A stretch of 62,476 nt of DNA from Cyanophora paradoxa CCMP329. Its lineage: Eukaryota > Plantae > Glaucophyta. The translations under genes and the position numbers were made by a program. Location of the stretch: positions 1 through 62,476 of the forward strand of contig QPMI01000696.1 in NCBI GenBank assembly GCA_004431415.1. Reading direction: 5' to 3'. Below, piece after piece: positions 12,881 through 25,968 of this stretch. The notes under the pieces were generated by a model. It searched no databases and was not told the DNA's origin. It worked only from the letters and a program-made list of their open reading frames with translations. The stretch's first letter is position 1. Each line of letters starts with the position of its first letter.

Positions 12881-13500
12881 AAGCTCGTAGATTGAAGGCC
12901 CCGTCTTCAAAGTCACGGCCCGGATCAGCTGCAAACCGCAAGCTGGGATCTATAGCTAGCACAGCTGGTGGTGCACGGTCACGCCGTCCGTGCAAGCGTG
13001 CGCGCCGTGCCCGCCCTCCTGCGGCGCCGTTGAGCCGACGGCCGGGGTACGGCATTCCGAGGCGGGGTACGGCGCACCACGGCGGAGTAGTTCTCATCGA
13101 CAAGGCCCATGTCGACGTCGTGGTCGGCATCGGCTGCCAAGGCGTCCGACGGTCAGGTCGGCCGCGGACCGGCGCGGGGCGCCGCGCTCGAGCGCACCAG
13201 CATCGAAGGCGCCGCCCGCGCCGCCGTCGTCGCCTACCGAGTTGACGTCCGCATCGGCCTGCGAGTCGTCAGAGTCGGAGCTGCGGATCCGGAGGCGTGC
13301 AATCGAGTTATGAAGCGCACGAAAGCGGAGTAGGGGGTATAGGACTCGTCCGCCGGCGCCCCATTGGGGTCGTCTTCGGCGACGATCATCTTCTACGGGC
13401 AGGGAAGCGGCGTCAGAAGGCAACAAGGAGGGCTGGAGGGCGGGGTGCGCCGCACCTCCTGGTCCTGATGCTCGTTCTGCTGCGGCTCGTCCTGCTGCGG
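12881..13500. repeat. ~620-bp near-identical duplicate of 16731-17350 (3' exons, introns and 3' UTR of genes C and D)
   Basis: Direct comparison shows only a handful of substitutions. The ORF track gives identical translations for 12892..13245 and 16742..17095. Confidence 0.95.
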
Positions 13501-14771
13501 CTCGTTCTGCTGCTGCTGGCCATGGTTGTTCTTGATGAAGCTCAGGCCTGACTTGGCGCGGCTCTTCATAAAGGAGCCTCTTCCTTGCTTGATGGACGTT
13601 AAGGGCAGCTTAAACTTGAATTGCTTCGTGGCGCCTCTCGATATTCCTCTACCCCCGAACTTGTTATTGACTTTCTGCTGAGCGAATGCGCCCCCCTGCG
13701 CCCAAATTCAGTCGGCCGGCGGACAGACCGTAGCGCGCGCGGGCCAACCTTTTCAATCCCGAAGCTGAGTGCCTTCGAGGCTATCCCCTTGAGAGTCCCC
13801 CCGCCTTTCGATCTCTCAAGGCGCGCTTGCAGTTTCTGCTGTAAGGTTTCGCTCCCCTGCGCGCGCAGTCAGTCGGCTGGCAGGCACGGCAAGGCGGGGG
13901 CCGACCCTCTCCACTCCGTAGCTCAATCCTTCCTTCATAGCTTTTTTCCCAGCCTCTTTCGCCATCTGTGCCGTGTTCGCGTTAGTTCCGGCGTTTATAA
14001 TTAAGCGCGCGATATCGATCTGATCACATAATCATGATGCATATGGAATCCGCACCCCGCCTAGCGTCGATGAAGCGGCCCTCTGCGCGAACTGCCCCAC
14101 GGCCGAAGAACCGACTCTTGACGCGAGTTGGCCCAGCGCGGAGGACGCCATCGAGCTCGAGACCGAGCTGGCCTGCGCAGAAAAGACAACAGATCTAGAT
14201 GAGAAGCTTGTAATTAAGACGTTGAGCGGGGCGGAGCGTCAGATACACGCACGGCAGACGACACGGTGCCCGCAACGGAGCCAGCCATCGAGCCGACCTG
14301 GGATCGAAAGATTATATTCAATTGCAATGATTTCTCGATTTCTCGAACGTGGCTCACAGTCGACGCAACGGAGCCAGCGACGGAGCCGACCTGGAATCGA
14401 GGGGTGAGATGCCAGGCGGAACGTGGATGCGCATGCGGTGATCGTAACATGGCGCACAGCGGACGCCGCGGAGCCAGCGGCGGAGGCGACCTGGGATCGA
14501 GGAGTGAGTGTTGCGTTCGGAGGGCTAGGAAAAGCGGGGACAGCACGAACAGTGGACAAAGCTGAGCCCGCGACGCCCGCGACTGTGCTCGCAGCCGACG
14601 TGGCCTGCGAGGGCAAAAGTTGAGCTCGAGGGCCGTCCGACTCCGAGCAAGCACAATGATATCGCGCACCGCCCCGGCGGCGGCAGAGGCGACCTGCGCG
14701 AAAGGATGGATGTCGGTCGGAGATGCACCACGGACGCGCGCGGGCGGACGCACACTGAGGACGGGACCCAT
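12956..14771 (-). CDS. Unknown protein, family member C (Ala/Ser/Gly N-terminus, basic middle, Gln-rich and acidic tail)
   Basis: MGPVLS followed by micro-exons VASAAAGA, VASAASTVAGVAGSALST, VGSVAGSVAST..., then QQDEPQQNEHQDQE|KMIVAEDD...YTPYSAF|ADAD...ENYSAV|EGGHGAHACTDGVTVHHQLC*. Confidence 0.7.
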
Positions 14772-15189
14772 CGTTGCTCAGCAGAACGCGGCCCAAGAAC
14801 GTTAACAAGTGCACGTATACGTATTCTGGCTGAGCTGCCTAAGCGTCCCGAACATGTGAGCTCGAGCAGCTCTGCAGCTGGCCGGCGCTGTGCGGTGGCA
14901 GCTCTGCCCCTAGCTATAGACCTGCAGCTACGTATACTCTGCAGTAGCTACTGGTACTGCGGTAGTGTGCAAAGCTGCGGCTGCGCCGCGGTGCCACGCG
15001 TACTACGTATACGGTACGGTGCGCGAATTCCGAATACTCAGTACGCAGCTTCGAAGCTTGGGCCGCTGGCTCCGCTGCCCGCCGTATCATACGCCACACG
15101 AGTGAGTCGGAGTGACACGACGTCGACGTCGACCGTCGGAGACGGTCGACGTCGGACCCACACCTACCGTCACTCGGCGTGTAACACTT

Positions 15190-15577
15190 ATATTTACTGC
15201 GCCACAAAAAAACAATTTCTGCGCCGGTTACTAAGTTAGCGCTTTAATTATACTGCGCTACCAAATTATAACTACAGTCTACATGCAGCGCGCGCTGCCA
15301 ATTGCAAATTACCGCGCTAAAATGTTTTAATTTGTAACGCAGTAATTGTTTTTTTGGTGAATTACCGGCCACAGCCTCTAGTGTAATTTGGTAGCGCGGT
15401 TTGATGCGCCGGTATATCTCGAGCTCACCCCGGCCGTTGGCGAGTAAATAATTCATTAATATTTTCCACGACGATGGAAGTTAACGTTAACGTTATCATA
15501 TGCATGGAAGGCGGTAATATTAATTTGGCAGCGCAGTAAATTTTTTTTTTTGGTGAATTACCGGCCACAGTCTCTAG
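15190..15577. repeat. AT-rich repeat, possible non-autonomous transposon end
   Basis: Direct repeat (t)n ggtgaattaccggccacag(c/t)ctctag at ~15350-15380 and ~15545-15577. The word atttactgcgc and its complement gcgcagtaaat recur in both orientations. Confidence 0.4.
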
Positions 15578-16805
15578 ACACCAGCACTGCGGGGGCTGCC
15601 CAGGGGGCATAAAGACAAAAAAGCAAAATAACTAAGACAAGAGCACGAAGAAAGATAAGACAAAGAGCCAAAATCGACAATAAAAAAGGAAAGACACAGA
15701 GCTCGAGACAGATCGATAGCGAGAAGAGACGATAAATCGAGCAGATCTAGGGACAGAGGATAACTGACACGAAGAAGAGCCAGAGCTAGAGATACCATCA
15801 ATATCAGAAGGAATTACATCACTAAGAAGCGGGGGACAAAATTGAGAAAGATAAATAACAGGAAGAAGACAAGTAAGAGGAACAACAAGACGACATGGAG
15901 GCGGAGGCGAAGCAGGACGATGCGAAAGGGCAGAGCTACGGCACGAGGTCGAGGAGGACACAGGAGGCGGAGCAGGCGGATCAAGAGCAGGCAAAAGGAC
16001 AGTCAAAGGAATCACTAAAGCCGGCCAGGGTCGAGGCGGGCAATCGAACTGCAAACGACGGCGAACAACAGGTCGAGCACGAGGACTATAGCTAGTATTG
16101 AAACTAACTCTAGCATCAACACTACGATCAGAATCCGAACCAGACCGAACTAAACTAGAAGACGAAGAAGTACGCCGGCGCCGGCGGGATACGATCGCGA
16201 CCAGCGAAGCAGAAGACGCAGTAAATTTTAAGCGCAAATCGGGCCCAAACATTTGGAACGCGCTAATTTAATTCTGACGCCGCGGCGCGGAATTTGCATG
16301 CAAGCTCGCCGTGGCCCGGCCGACGCCTTCTCGGCCCTATAGCTATAGCTACCCCCCCTCCGCCCCCCCCTCCGCCCCGCCAAGGCTATCGAGGGCGGGA
16401 AAGACGTTACAGCTAGGAAGCTTAAGTCTAAATAAAGTCTACGGAGAGCCCCTCCCGCCCCCCCCCCCCCTTCCCCCCTCCCCCCCCTCCCCCCGCCGTC
16501 GCCGTCAGCACCGGGCAGGCTAGCCCCCGCGGGTGCCCCGGTCGGCTGGGTCTCGTTCTTGTACATCTACAAGAAAACTTTTAAATTGGCTGTCTGACGC
16601 TATGGTTCAAGGAAAACGAAAAAAGGTCCTTAAGCTTGAAGTCTAAACATGTACAGAGAAGGTCTTTCGAAGAATGATGAAGGTCAATCTGAATAAAGAA
16701 GTCCCATATGCATCTACGTATACGTATACAAAGCTCGTAGATTGAAGGCCCCGTCCTCAAAGTCACGGCCCGGATCAGCTGCAAACCGCAAGCTGGGATC
16801 TATAG

Positions 16806-18193
16806 CTAGCACAGCTGGTGGTGCGCGGTCACGCCGTCCGTGCAAGCGTGCGCGCCGTGCCCGCCCTCCTGCGGCGCCGTTGAGCCGACGGCCGGGGTAC
16901 GGCATTCCGAGGCGGGGTACGGCGCACCACGGCGGAGTAGTTCTCATCGACAAGGCCCATGTCGACGTCGTGGTCGGCATCGGCTGCCAGGGCGTCCGAC
17001 GGTCAGGTCGGCCGCGGACCGGCGCGGGGCGCCGCGCTCGAGCGCACCAGCATCGAAGGCGCCGCCCGCGCCGCCGTCGTCGCCTACCGAGTTGACGTCC
17101 GCATCTGCCTGCGAGTCGTCAGAGTCGGAGCTGCGGATCCGGAGGCGTGCAATCGAGTTATGAAGCGCACGAAAGCGGAGTAGGGGGTATAGGACTCGTC
17201 CGCCGGCGCCCCATTGGGGTCGTCTTCGGCGACGATCATCTTCTACGGGCAGGGAAGCGGCGTCAGAAGGCAACAAGGAGGGCTGGAGGGCGGGGCGCGC
17301 CGCACCTCCTCGTCCTGATGCTCGTTCTGCTGCGGCTCGTCTTGCTGCGGCTGGCCATCCACTGGCGTCTGCTTCTGGGTTTGCTGGTCGAGGACTCGGA
17401 ATTTGAAGGCCTGCCTCGTCACGGCTTTCCTCGGTCCTGGACCCCCCTTCGCAGTCTTCGGAGGTACCGTCCCTTTCGAACTCATGAAGCGGTTCAGGCC
17501 CGACGGGACTTTATTTGGTCCGGCTGCAGCCGCGCCCCCCTGCGCCCAAAGTCAGTCGGCTGGCAGGCACCGCAAGGCGCGGGCTCACCTTGGCCGCTAT
17601 CTGGGCCAGAGCGGAATTCGAAGGGCCAGCTAATTTTGGCGCAGGCTGGTCCGGGGCGGGAGCCTGTCCTTCCTTCAAGCCTGCTAATTTTCCCAAGGCC
17701 GGATTGACCTTGCCAGCGAGGCTGCTGCCCTGCACCGAAACGATGAATGAGACTGAGAGCGGAGCTGACAATAGCATGCACGCATGCGCACGATCGTTCT
17801 ACTCCCTCCCCCTCCTCCTTTACTACTTCCTACTTTCTGTGCGATGAATTGCGCCTGGGAGAACAGGTCGTTGAACTCGAGAGGGAAGTGATTCCGGGCG
17901 GAACATAGCGTGCACGCACAGTAGACAACGCGGTAGACACGCCAGTCGAGACTAGAGTGGATGTCGAGATTCCGCCCACAGCCCCCGCGACCGCGCTCCC
18001 GGCCGCGCTGGCCTGCGCAGGCGGGAATCAGCTGCAGGGTCCCGGGGCCGTTCCGGGTGGAGGCAAGAGCTGCAGCTGAGCTCACCGCTGCTCCGGCCAT
18101 CGCAAAACCTGCCCCGACCGCTCCCGCGGCCGCCGACGCGGCGGAGGAGGCAGCAGAGGCAGCGACGGCCGCGATGGCTAGAATGGGACCCAT
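16806..18193 (-). CDS. Unknown protein, family member D (paralogue of C)
   Basis: [36 protein letters not shown]..., a basic middle, then PQQDEPQQNEHQDEE and the same 3' exons as C, ending GVTAHHQLC*. Confidence 0.7.
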
Positions 18194-19874
18194 GGCTTAA
18201 GGATTCAAAGCTGCTGTCGCGATGTCCGACGCGGCGGCGGGCCGGCGGGCTCAGCGGCTTCGTGCAAGAAAGCGCCTAGAGCTGAACGCTAACGAGCTGA
18301 ACGTAGAGCTGAACGTGCAAGAGGCGGGGGCCGCGGGCGGATCGGGGGCGCCCTAGGCCTGGTTTGCCGACTTCTAGCTGAAGGCTGCGGCTTGGCGGCG
18401 AGGACGTGGCTGATGAGTCTTAGGCTCTTAGCTATAGATCTAGAGCTGCGCATGCGGCGGCGAGGCCCCTGCTGCCCCTCACGGGTGCGGGCGGACGTCG
18501 ACCAGGGAATCCGGGATATCGATCGGCGGGTCTGGCGGCCGGGCCCGGGGGCGACAGCGCCGGCAGGTGGTCGATGCCACTGACTCGATGGTCGTACTAC
18601 GGTACGGCGTACGCGCGTACCGTAGTACGGAACGGTACGGTACCGGTAACCGCGGCCGGTATCATGATCATCGGGTATTACTAAGTTACTACTAGGCTAT
18701 ATATATATATATATGATTAGTGGGTGGCACTGGGTGCATCATGGCCAGTGATGGCATCATGATAATGATAAAAATGATAATGATGTGATATCACATTTTG
18801 ATATCATGATACGGGACCCCCCCTCTATCACGCTCATCATAATGGTGACATCACGACCCCTCAACTCGCGTCTTTCGCCTTTCCAAGTGCTCTGTACAGT
18901 GCTATATCACACATAAACAGCTTCTGGTGATGTTAAGAATGTTATTAGAGGCTCTGGAGAGCCTCTGGCCGCCTCGGCAGTACTATGCATGTACCCCCAG
19001 GTCGTCACCCTGGGTGGATTTCTCATGATCTCTTGTCATTCGGACCCCCAGATGCTTTAACCCAGCATTGGTATGCTTAAGAACACGATTCTGCTCCAAA
19101 ACAGCAGGTTCTACAGCGCAGAAAGGGCACTGAGGTGTCTGATGACGCGTCCGTACCCCCTTCCCTGTGATATCAAAATGATCATCATGATGGTGATAAT
19201 GATGTGATAATGATGACGATTTTGGGGGACCTATCATGATGACATCACTGATCATGGCATCGCAATGATGGCATGCCATGATGGCATGATATCGATGATG
19301 CGCACCCCGGCGGCACCCGGCCCTGATACTACCCGCCGGTACCCGGTAGTCTCGATGAAGGCCCCGGGCCCTTCATGACTGAAGTTCCGAGTCAAGTTCC
19401 GACTCGGCGAAATTAACCGAAATTAAGATACGTAAAAAAAAGCTTGATCAAAACGCGTACGCGTACCGTAGTACTAGTACGCGCGTTGATGCGTATACGT
19501 AATTAATATTTATTTTTCAAGTCAATCGCTTATAATTAAAGCTTTGACCAGCTAGCCGCTGAGTCGGCGCTGAGTCGCTGACTCATGATCAGTGAGCTCA
19601 TGCAAGCTGGCCCAGTGGTTAACTGATGATGATGGCTGGCATATGCATTGGCTGGTTAACTGAGCTCGGCGATTGATGCCAGTGCCACCGTGGCCAGTTG
19701 GTGATGCCACGGCCCAAGGCCCACGGTCCACGGAACCCGGGTCCGTGGCACTCCGTGCCAGTGCACGGATGCCCATGCCATGAATCCCATGCCATGATGA
19801 TGGCCATTGCTTAATTAATATTAGGCAGCTTAGTGCTGGCGCCGGGCCCGCGGCGGGCACTGCAGGCGCTACTA

Positions 19875-20089
19875 CTGTAGGACGGCTTAAATTGCCGTGG
19901 TGAAAAATTGCCGAATTCGCCCAAACCGGAATTGCCGTGGTGATAAATTGCCGAATCCAGACATTCGCTCTATGGGGGCCTCGGAAACTCTCTAAACCCC
20001 ACAACATTGCCGTCCCTTAAAATTGCCGAATTCGGCCTCTCGGCAATATACGGCAAAATAAAACGACGGCTAAAAAAGCCGTCCTACAG
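19875..20089. mobile_element. MITE (Tc1/mariner-type, TA target duplication)
   Basis: TA|CTGTAGGACGGCTT...AAGCCGTCCTACAG|TA; 215 bp; internal aaattgccg repeats. Confidence 0.8.
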
Positions 20090-20139
20090 TATACTAGTCA
20101 GTGTAGTAGTCACTGAGTATACTACTAACTTAGTAAGTA

Positions 20140-20366
20140 CTGTAGGACGGCTTTTTTAGCCGTCGTTTTATTTTGCCGTAAATTGCCGAGAGGCCGAATT
20201 CGGCAATTTTAAGGGACGGCAATGTTGCTGGGGGGGTAGGGCTAACCGGCCGCTTTTGTATGGCGCCATAGAGTGAATGTCTGGATTCGGCAATTTATCA
20301 CCACGGCAATTCCGGTTTGGGCGAATTCGGCAATTTTTCACCACGGCAATTTAAGCCGTCCTACAG
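20140..20366. mobile_element. Second copy of the same MITE family, inverted orientation
   Basis: Same TIR and TA flanks. It is the reverse complement of 19875-20089 except for a short divergent centre. Confidence 0.8.
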
Positions 20367-21163
20367 TAGTGTAGTACTATGGTAGTCCTCGGCGACTCCT
20401 CGCTGACTCCTCTCGGTGACCCGGGTCACGGGCCGGGTGACGCCTGGCAGGGCCTAAAAACTTGAACTTCGGAAACAAATTTAAAACTTGAACTTCGGAA
20501 AGCTATAGCTAGCCGCTGAGCGTCACGGCCGCGGCGTGCAGCCGCGGCCGCTCGAGCTCCGACCGCGAGGCTCGCCTGCAGCAGCAGTGCAGCTACTGTA
20601 CTAGCCTAGTAGCGGCTACCGGCCCACGGGCCAGTGCCGGCCCTGCCGGGCGGTGCGCGAGGCACCGCGACCGCGGCGCCTACGTACGCGTATACAAGAC
20701 TCGTGCAGGCTGGTGCAGCCCCGCGACTTGCGGTCCGACCCGGCCAGTGCGGCCACCTGCGGCCGGCCCGCCGCTGCCAGGCTGGTACGCGCGCGCGCAG
20801 AGTCGCCGCAGAGTACTAGTCAGTGCAGAGTCACTGCAGACTCGCAAGTCGGTGGCACGATCATCGGATTGTCCAGCCTGGAAAGCCTGCGCATGCAGCT
20901 CAGCAGCGACTGTCATCCACTGAGTCCATGTCATCGGATCGCATACGTATCTCGTAATCAGCGACTCATACTGTAGCCTAGTATCAGTCTGCATGCAGCC
21001 TGGCGGGGCCGGGAGGCCTTGGCCGCTGGCGGCGAGCCGGCGCCCGATCGAGAGGTTCGACCGTACGCGTATACATGCGCGCGGGCGTTCACGAACTTTT
21101 CTCCAGGCGCTAACGAGCGGCAAACGCGCGCGCAGGTCAGCGTCCATCGAGTTTCCAGAGTAC

Positions 21164-21747
21164 ATGTACACGAACGGCAGGAAGCAGTGTCCAGTGAGAT
21201 GTGTCCGGGCAGCCGTAGTCGCGGCCACCACGGTCCTCTTGCTCGCCGTCGCCGCCGCAATCGTGTTCGCATTCGGCGTCGGCGGCAGTTCGGGGGTGCC
21301 GGGGCTCCGCCAGTCGCGACCGCCGCAGGCAAGCCGGGCCGCCCCTGGCTCTGATATGGATCCCGAGCTCGTCAACCGAGCCACGGCCGCCGCCGTTGCT
21401 AACGGCGGCATCTCCGTCAGCCTGCTGCTCCCTGCCGGAGACCTGATGGTCTCGATTCGAGCCAACATATCCATGCCGCCCAGCAGCGAACCGTCCGCGT
21501 CCAAATATTTCTGCCGGGCTTACCGTCTGGCGGGCACGCACCTCACCAGCCTCTACCACGCCACAAGACTCCACGGTCGGGTCCTGTCGCGCCACCTCCA
21601 CCACGTGCGATATTGATATTAATGAATATTATATGCAGCGCCTCCGCGACTCACGCGAACGACACTGACGGCCGCCGGTTCCTGCAGATGCTTGTGTTCG
21701 GTTGCCTTGCACCGATCGAGCAGTGGCGCTACGAGCGGTATTAGTGC

Positions 21748-21778
<31 letters not shown>

Positions 21779-23543
21779 AGATTGAGCTCCCCTTCCCCTC
21801 TTCCTGACTGAGAAAGATCATCGGATCGCGTTTCAGCCCATGCGCAGAGATGGAAGACGTCTCCTGCTGGCGAGCGCTGTACTTCCTCTGCCTTTTCCAC
21901 TCGTTTTTAACACTTCGTTCTGTTTTTAAAAGGACGATTATTGGGGGTACGGCGGACGTTTCTGTCGACTCGGACTTTTACCCCACGGCGGGTTCGCCGA
22001 TCTCAAACCCGGGCCTGTCTGCCCTCAATGCCCATCCCCGCCTGTCGTGCAGGGATGCCATTCGGAGTAGGAGCCTACGGAGACGCGTACGTTGCGGTCA
22101 TCCAGCAGTGGCACTGTGAGCAGCACTAGTACTGATGCCACTCTCCTCCGAAATTAAACTTTGTCTTTACTCGGCGGCAGATACCTACACGCAGAACGAG
22201 GTTGGCTTGCTGGACCATAGCGGTGCTCCCCATGGCCAACGCCGCAGCATGCGGCGGGGCGGCCTTGGGCCCCGTCTAACGTCTGGCCCCCCAATGCACA
22301 GGAGTGGATTTAATCCTCACGCCACGCTTGCGACCCCACAGCGTTGGCTCTATCGGCCTCTGGCGCGCGACATGCCTATCCGCATATTAACCCTTAAAAA
22401 ACATTACTGATTTGCGGATGTCTTCAGGTACCCGCACAAATATCACGCGGTCAACGGGACAGCAATCGCGGCAGAGGTGTCCGCAGGAATCATCCCCCCG
22501 CTTCCCAGGGCCATCATCGAAGCCTCCGTGTGTCATAAACCCCGGCTCCGTCTTCTACCTGCTCATCCCAAAAGCTAGCGCTGGTTCCTTCTAAACGATA
22601 CACCCCCGATCCCTCCCGCCCGCCCTGCCGTTGAGTACGTCGGTGTGTATTTGCTGGGCGCTGTTGCTCGCTTCCAGTTGAACCTTCTGAACGGGCGCGC
22701 AGTGACGTGTCCTCCCCTGGGCCTTGGTCCCCTAGGCTATGGTTCCACCGACTCCGTGAGCGACCTACTGACTCCCTCGCACCCCAGCCCACATCCCGCC
22801 AAACTAAGCCCATTATTCAGTTGGAATATGCTGTGCCTCCCGAGGGGGCCAACATCACCCACGTCTGGCCCCGTGCGCTGTCTCCCACTGCGCTTCCGGC
22901 GCAACTACGTATACTCGCCCCCGTAACTCGCCTAACAGACATGCACCTCACCGGATCGAGAATCTGGGCCGAGCTTTACAGGCTGGACACGAGCAACGAC
23001 GGCGACGGTGAGCCTTCGTCATTCATTCAAACGCATCTGGCGACCCGCTTGCGTGGCGCGTCTATGCGCAGGACGGTGGCAATACGTGCGGGAGGTGTAC
23101 CGCTGGGACTCTTATTTCTTTCATGGGCAGGTGCACCGACTCTGTATTGCTGCGATGTTATAATCCTGAGCTTGTCCGTGGTAGCGTTTTTTTGAGCTTC
23201 CGGATCCGATCTTGATTCTTCCCACGGACCGGCTGGTCCTTCATTGCGAGTGAGTGGGTGCCTCTTGAGCTTCCGAGGATTGACCCCCCTTGCCAGATTT
23301 AACTCAATGAATCGGACCAAGCCGACCGTCCTCGGAACAGGCATCCTCGATGAGATGTGTACGATATTCTTTCAGACGGTCCCGCGGCTCCCATTCGCAG
23401 CGGTAGAGCCCCTGGCAAAGGCGCGGGGGGTCGACCCCCTCATTGCGGTCGGCATGGGATCGGTTAGTTTCGGCGGGGTCGTCGGCTGGCCCCAGCTCGA
23501 ACCCCTCCTCGTCGACCGGCGCCCCGTCGCCGGGCGCAGATAA
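21164..23543 (+). CDS. Copper type II ascorbate-dependent monooxygenase (DBH/MOXD1/PHM superfamily), N-terminal membrane anchor
   Basis: Hydrophobic anchor AAVVAATTVLLLAVAAAIVFAFG; YFCRAY; LHHV (CuH His pair); GMPFG...VIQQWH|YTY...DHSG (third CuH His); HMHLTG (CuM HxH); ILDEMC (CuM Met). Start uncertain. Confidence 0.8.
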
Positions 23544-24257
23544 AATCCAGTCCCCTTAAGCTTGATTGCAAATTGTATGCTTCGCGCAGTTTCATTTTTC
23601 CGAAGTTCCGGTGCTATTGATGCTTTTTTCCTAGATCGCACTGCTGCTGCTTATTTCTCATCGCACTGCTGCCTGACAAATGATTCAGTACTGTGATTGT
23701 GACGATAACGCTCGTTTAGCGCAGCTGCAGGATGGATGCGTATGCAGGGCCGCCACGCATCTGAATCGAGGCTGGGTCACAAGGGCTGGGGAAATTCACA
23801 TATTTAATTTGCATTCGCCGAGTCGTGCGATCGATCCGCGCGCATTCGCGCGGGGTACCGGTTCAGAAAGAGGGGGTAGGGCTCGATTGGTGGGGGGGTC
23901 ATCCGGCAGTGTGCCAGATTTGCACACTGCCGGAGCCGGGGCCGGGCCATATGCATTTGGCGCGTGCACCGAAAGCAGCTTAAACTCCATAAGTTGCGGT
24001 GCGCCGTCGCGGCGCATGCGCATGCATATACCATCTCCGGGGCTCTCCATGGCCACCAGCTGAAGTGCAAACCGAGCACGCAATTGAAGCATGTCGGTTT
24101 TCAGACCCGAAGCTACAAACTTGCAATTGAAAAAGGAGGGAAATATTGAAGGATCCCGGAGAGGGAAAGAGGGAAAGCCCGAAGTGTACAGCAGAACGCG
24201 CGGGGGGAAGGAGGGGAGGCGGGGGGGGGGGGGGGGGGGGGGGGGGGATTATGGAAT

Positions 24258-25472
24258 CTACAGGAGATTGTGCCCTGCGTCGCCGGGGTACGATGCCGCG
24301 AAGGCGTAATCTTCGTACCCGTCCGCCCCAGCCACGTCGAGCACCCCGTACGCGTCAGCGCCCGCCTCGGCATCATCCTGGTCGTTATTGAGAGGTTCAG
24401 CTGAGAGAAAAATGCCTGGCCTCGGACGCACGAAAAAAGGTGCATCGGCCTGCAGCTGGTCGAGCTGCGACGCGTCGACGGTGTAGGTGTACGTGTCGAG
24501 CATCTGGGGCTGCGTGCATGACTGTAAATCGCGAGAGCCTTCACGAATTGCAAGCGAAGGGTACCGGTACCGCGGCCGCCGATATAGCTGCCTTCGGAAT
24601 ATTGGCGACGGACTTCAACCAACCCTCTGCGATCCAGTTCGGGCCCTCCGGGTAGTTCGACGCCAGGGGCAGGTGTCCCTGGCAGCGGTCTGACGTTCGG
24701 CTATGCGCGGTCAGGGTCGCATAATCTAGAGAGCAGACCGTGTAGCAGCCGGGCTTCAGGCGATCAGTGCCGTCCGTGGCGAAGCGCGACCCTTTCGGGC
24801 AGCACATGTACGTTTTCTATGGAGAAGAGGTTAGCGGTTTATGCGCAAAAACGTAAAGATCTAGGCAACTGCGCCGAGAAGAAGAGATTGCTATTAATAT
24901 TGCACCTTGGCGTACGAGAAGAGAACCTTCTTCTGGGCGAGCCAGCCCTTGGCCATGTCGGGGGTGCCGACAAACCAGTTCGACCAACCGGGCCTCGTGT
25001 AGAGAAACACGGGCTGGCCGTCCATACGCACCGGGGAGACGACCTATCGCGTGGTCGCGTGTAAGCGGCGGCGCTCATGTGCACGGGCAGCGCTAGCGCG
25101 GCGGCGGCCGCGGGCAGCGGGCGGCGCACGGCCACTGGAGTGTCGAGCGGGGTGCCATCCGGCGCTGTGTGATCAGTGCAGCCGCTCTTCTCTACGTTGG
25201 GGGCAAGTCTTGTAATCTCTGCGTGCCGCCAGTGCGTCAGGGGTGAACGAAAACGGCAAGGGCCAGAGCACGTCCGACGGTCGCACTCTGGATGACCGTG
25301 GCGAGCGACTGGCTTCTGGGGCCGTCCGTGAGCTGCGCGGCGGTGCCACCGAGTCAGCTGTGAGAGGCGTCGGCTGCAGCTTGCGGCGCACGTAATCCAG
25401 GTCATGCGGCGACTTCAGCTTATTCTCCTCGACCGCCTTCACGAATTTGAGATACATGGCCGGGCGCTGCAT
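24258..25472 (-). CDS. Unknown protein, family member E (globular-looking N-terminal domain with Cys/Trp, acidic tail)
   Basis: Spliced: MQRPAMYLKFVKAVEENK...GWSNWFVG...YMCCPKG...PQMLDTYTYTVDASQLD...DAYGVLDVAGADGYEDYAFAASYPGDAGHNLL*. Confidence 0.65.
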
Positions 25473-25732
25473 GGTCGCGTGTATGCCGGTATGGTACTAG
25501 GTGCAACGAGAACGTGAGACCGGCCGCGGCCCGGCGGACTCGGGACGCGTACGCGTGCCACCGTGCCACGGTACGGACCGTACGGTGGGCCCGGGCCGGG
25601 TACGGTGGGGCCGGGTGGGCCGCAGAAGCTTTTAAGCCGCTTGCCGCAGTGCCGGCGAGTTGCCGGCCGGGCGACTCGGCGAGCTCGAGTTGCCGCCGCT
25701 CACTAAGTCAGCGGTTCAACGGTTGTGCTTTA

Positions 25733-25968
25733 CTGGAGAGCTAGAAATATTTAGTGGGTTGCATATTTATAGTACTAAAAGTTTTTGGGCGATCTACTAA
25801 ATATTTCCCGCCTGCCGATCGCGAGAATTTGTAGGGGTAGCCCCGTCTCCGCCATACAAAAGCCCTGCCAAGACCGACCTACTAAAGATTTACGTATACC
25901 AGCCGCTAAAGTGGCAGTTTTGGCGAAATACTAATTATTTTCCTGTACTAAATAAACTAGTTCTCCAG
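25733..25968. mobile_element. MITE with TA flanks
   Basis: TA|CTGGAGAGCTAG...CTAGTTCTCCAG|TA (one mismatch). It shares the internal word gccatacaaaagc with the MITE at 20140 (reverse strand). Confidence 0.65.

Noticed and set aside
18780-19240. Possible MITE bounded by cattttgatatca / tgatatcaaaatg
   Set aside because: The inverted match is short, lies in ATC-rich low-complexity DNA, and no target duplication could be defined.
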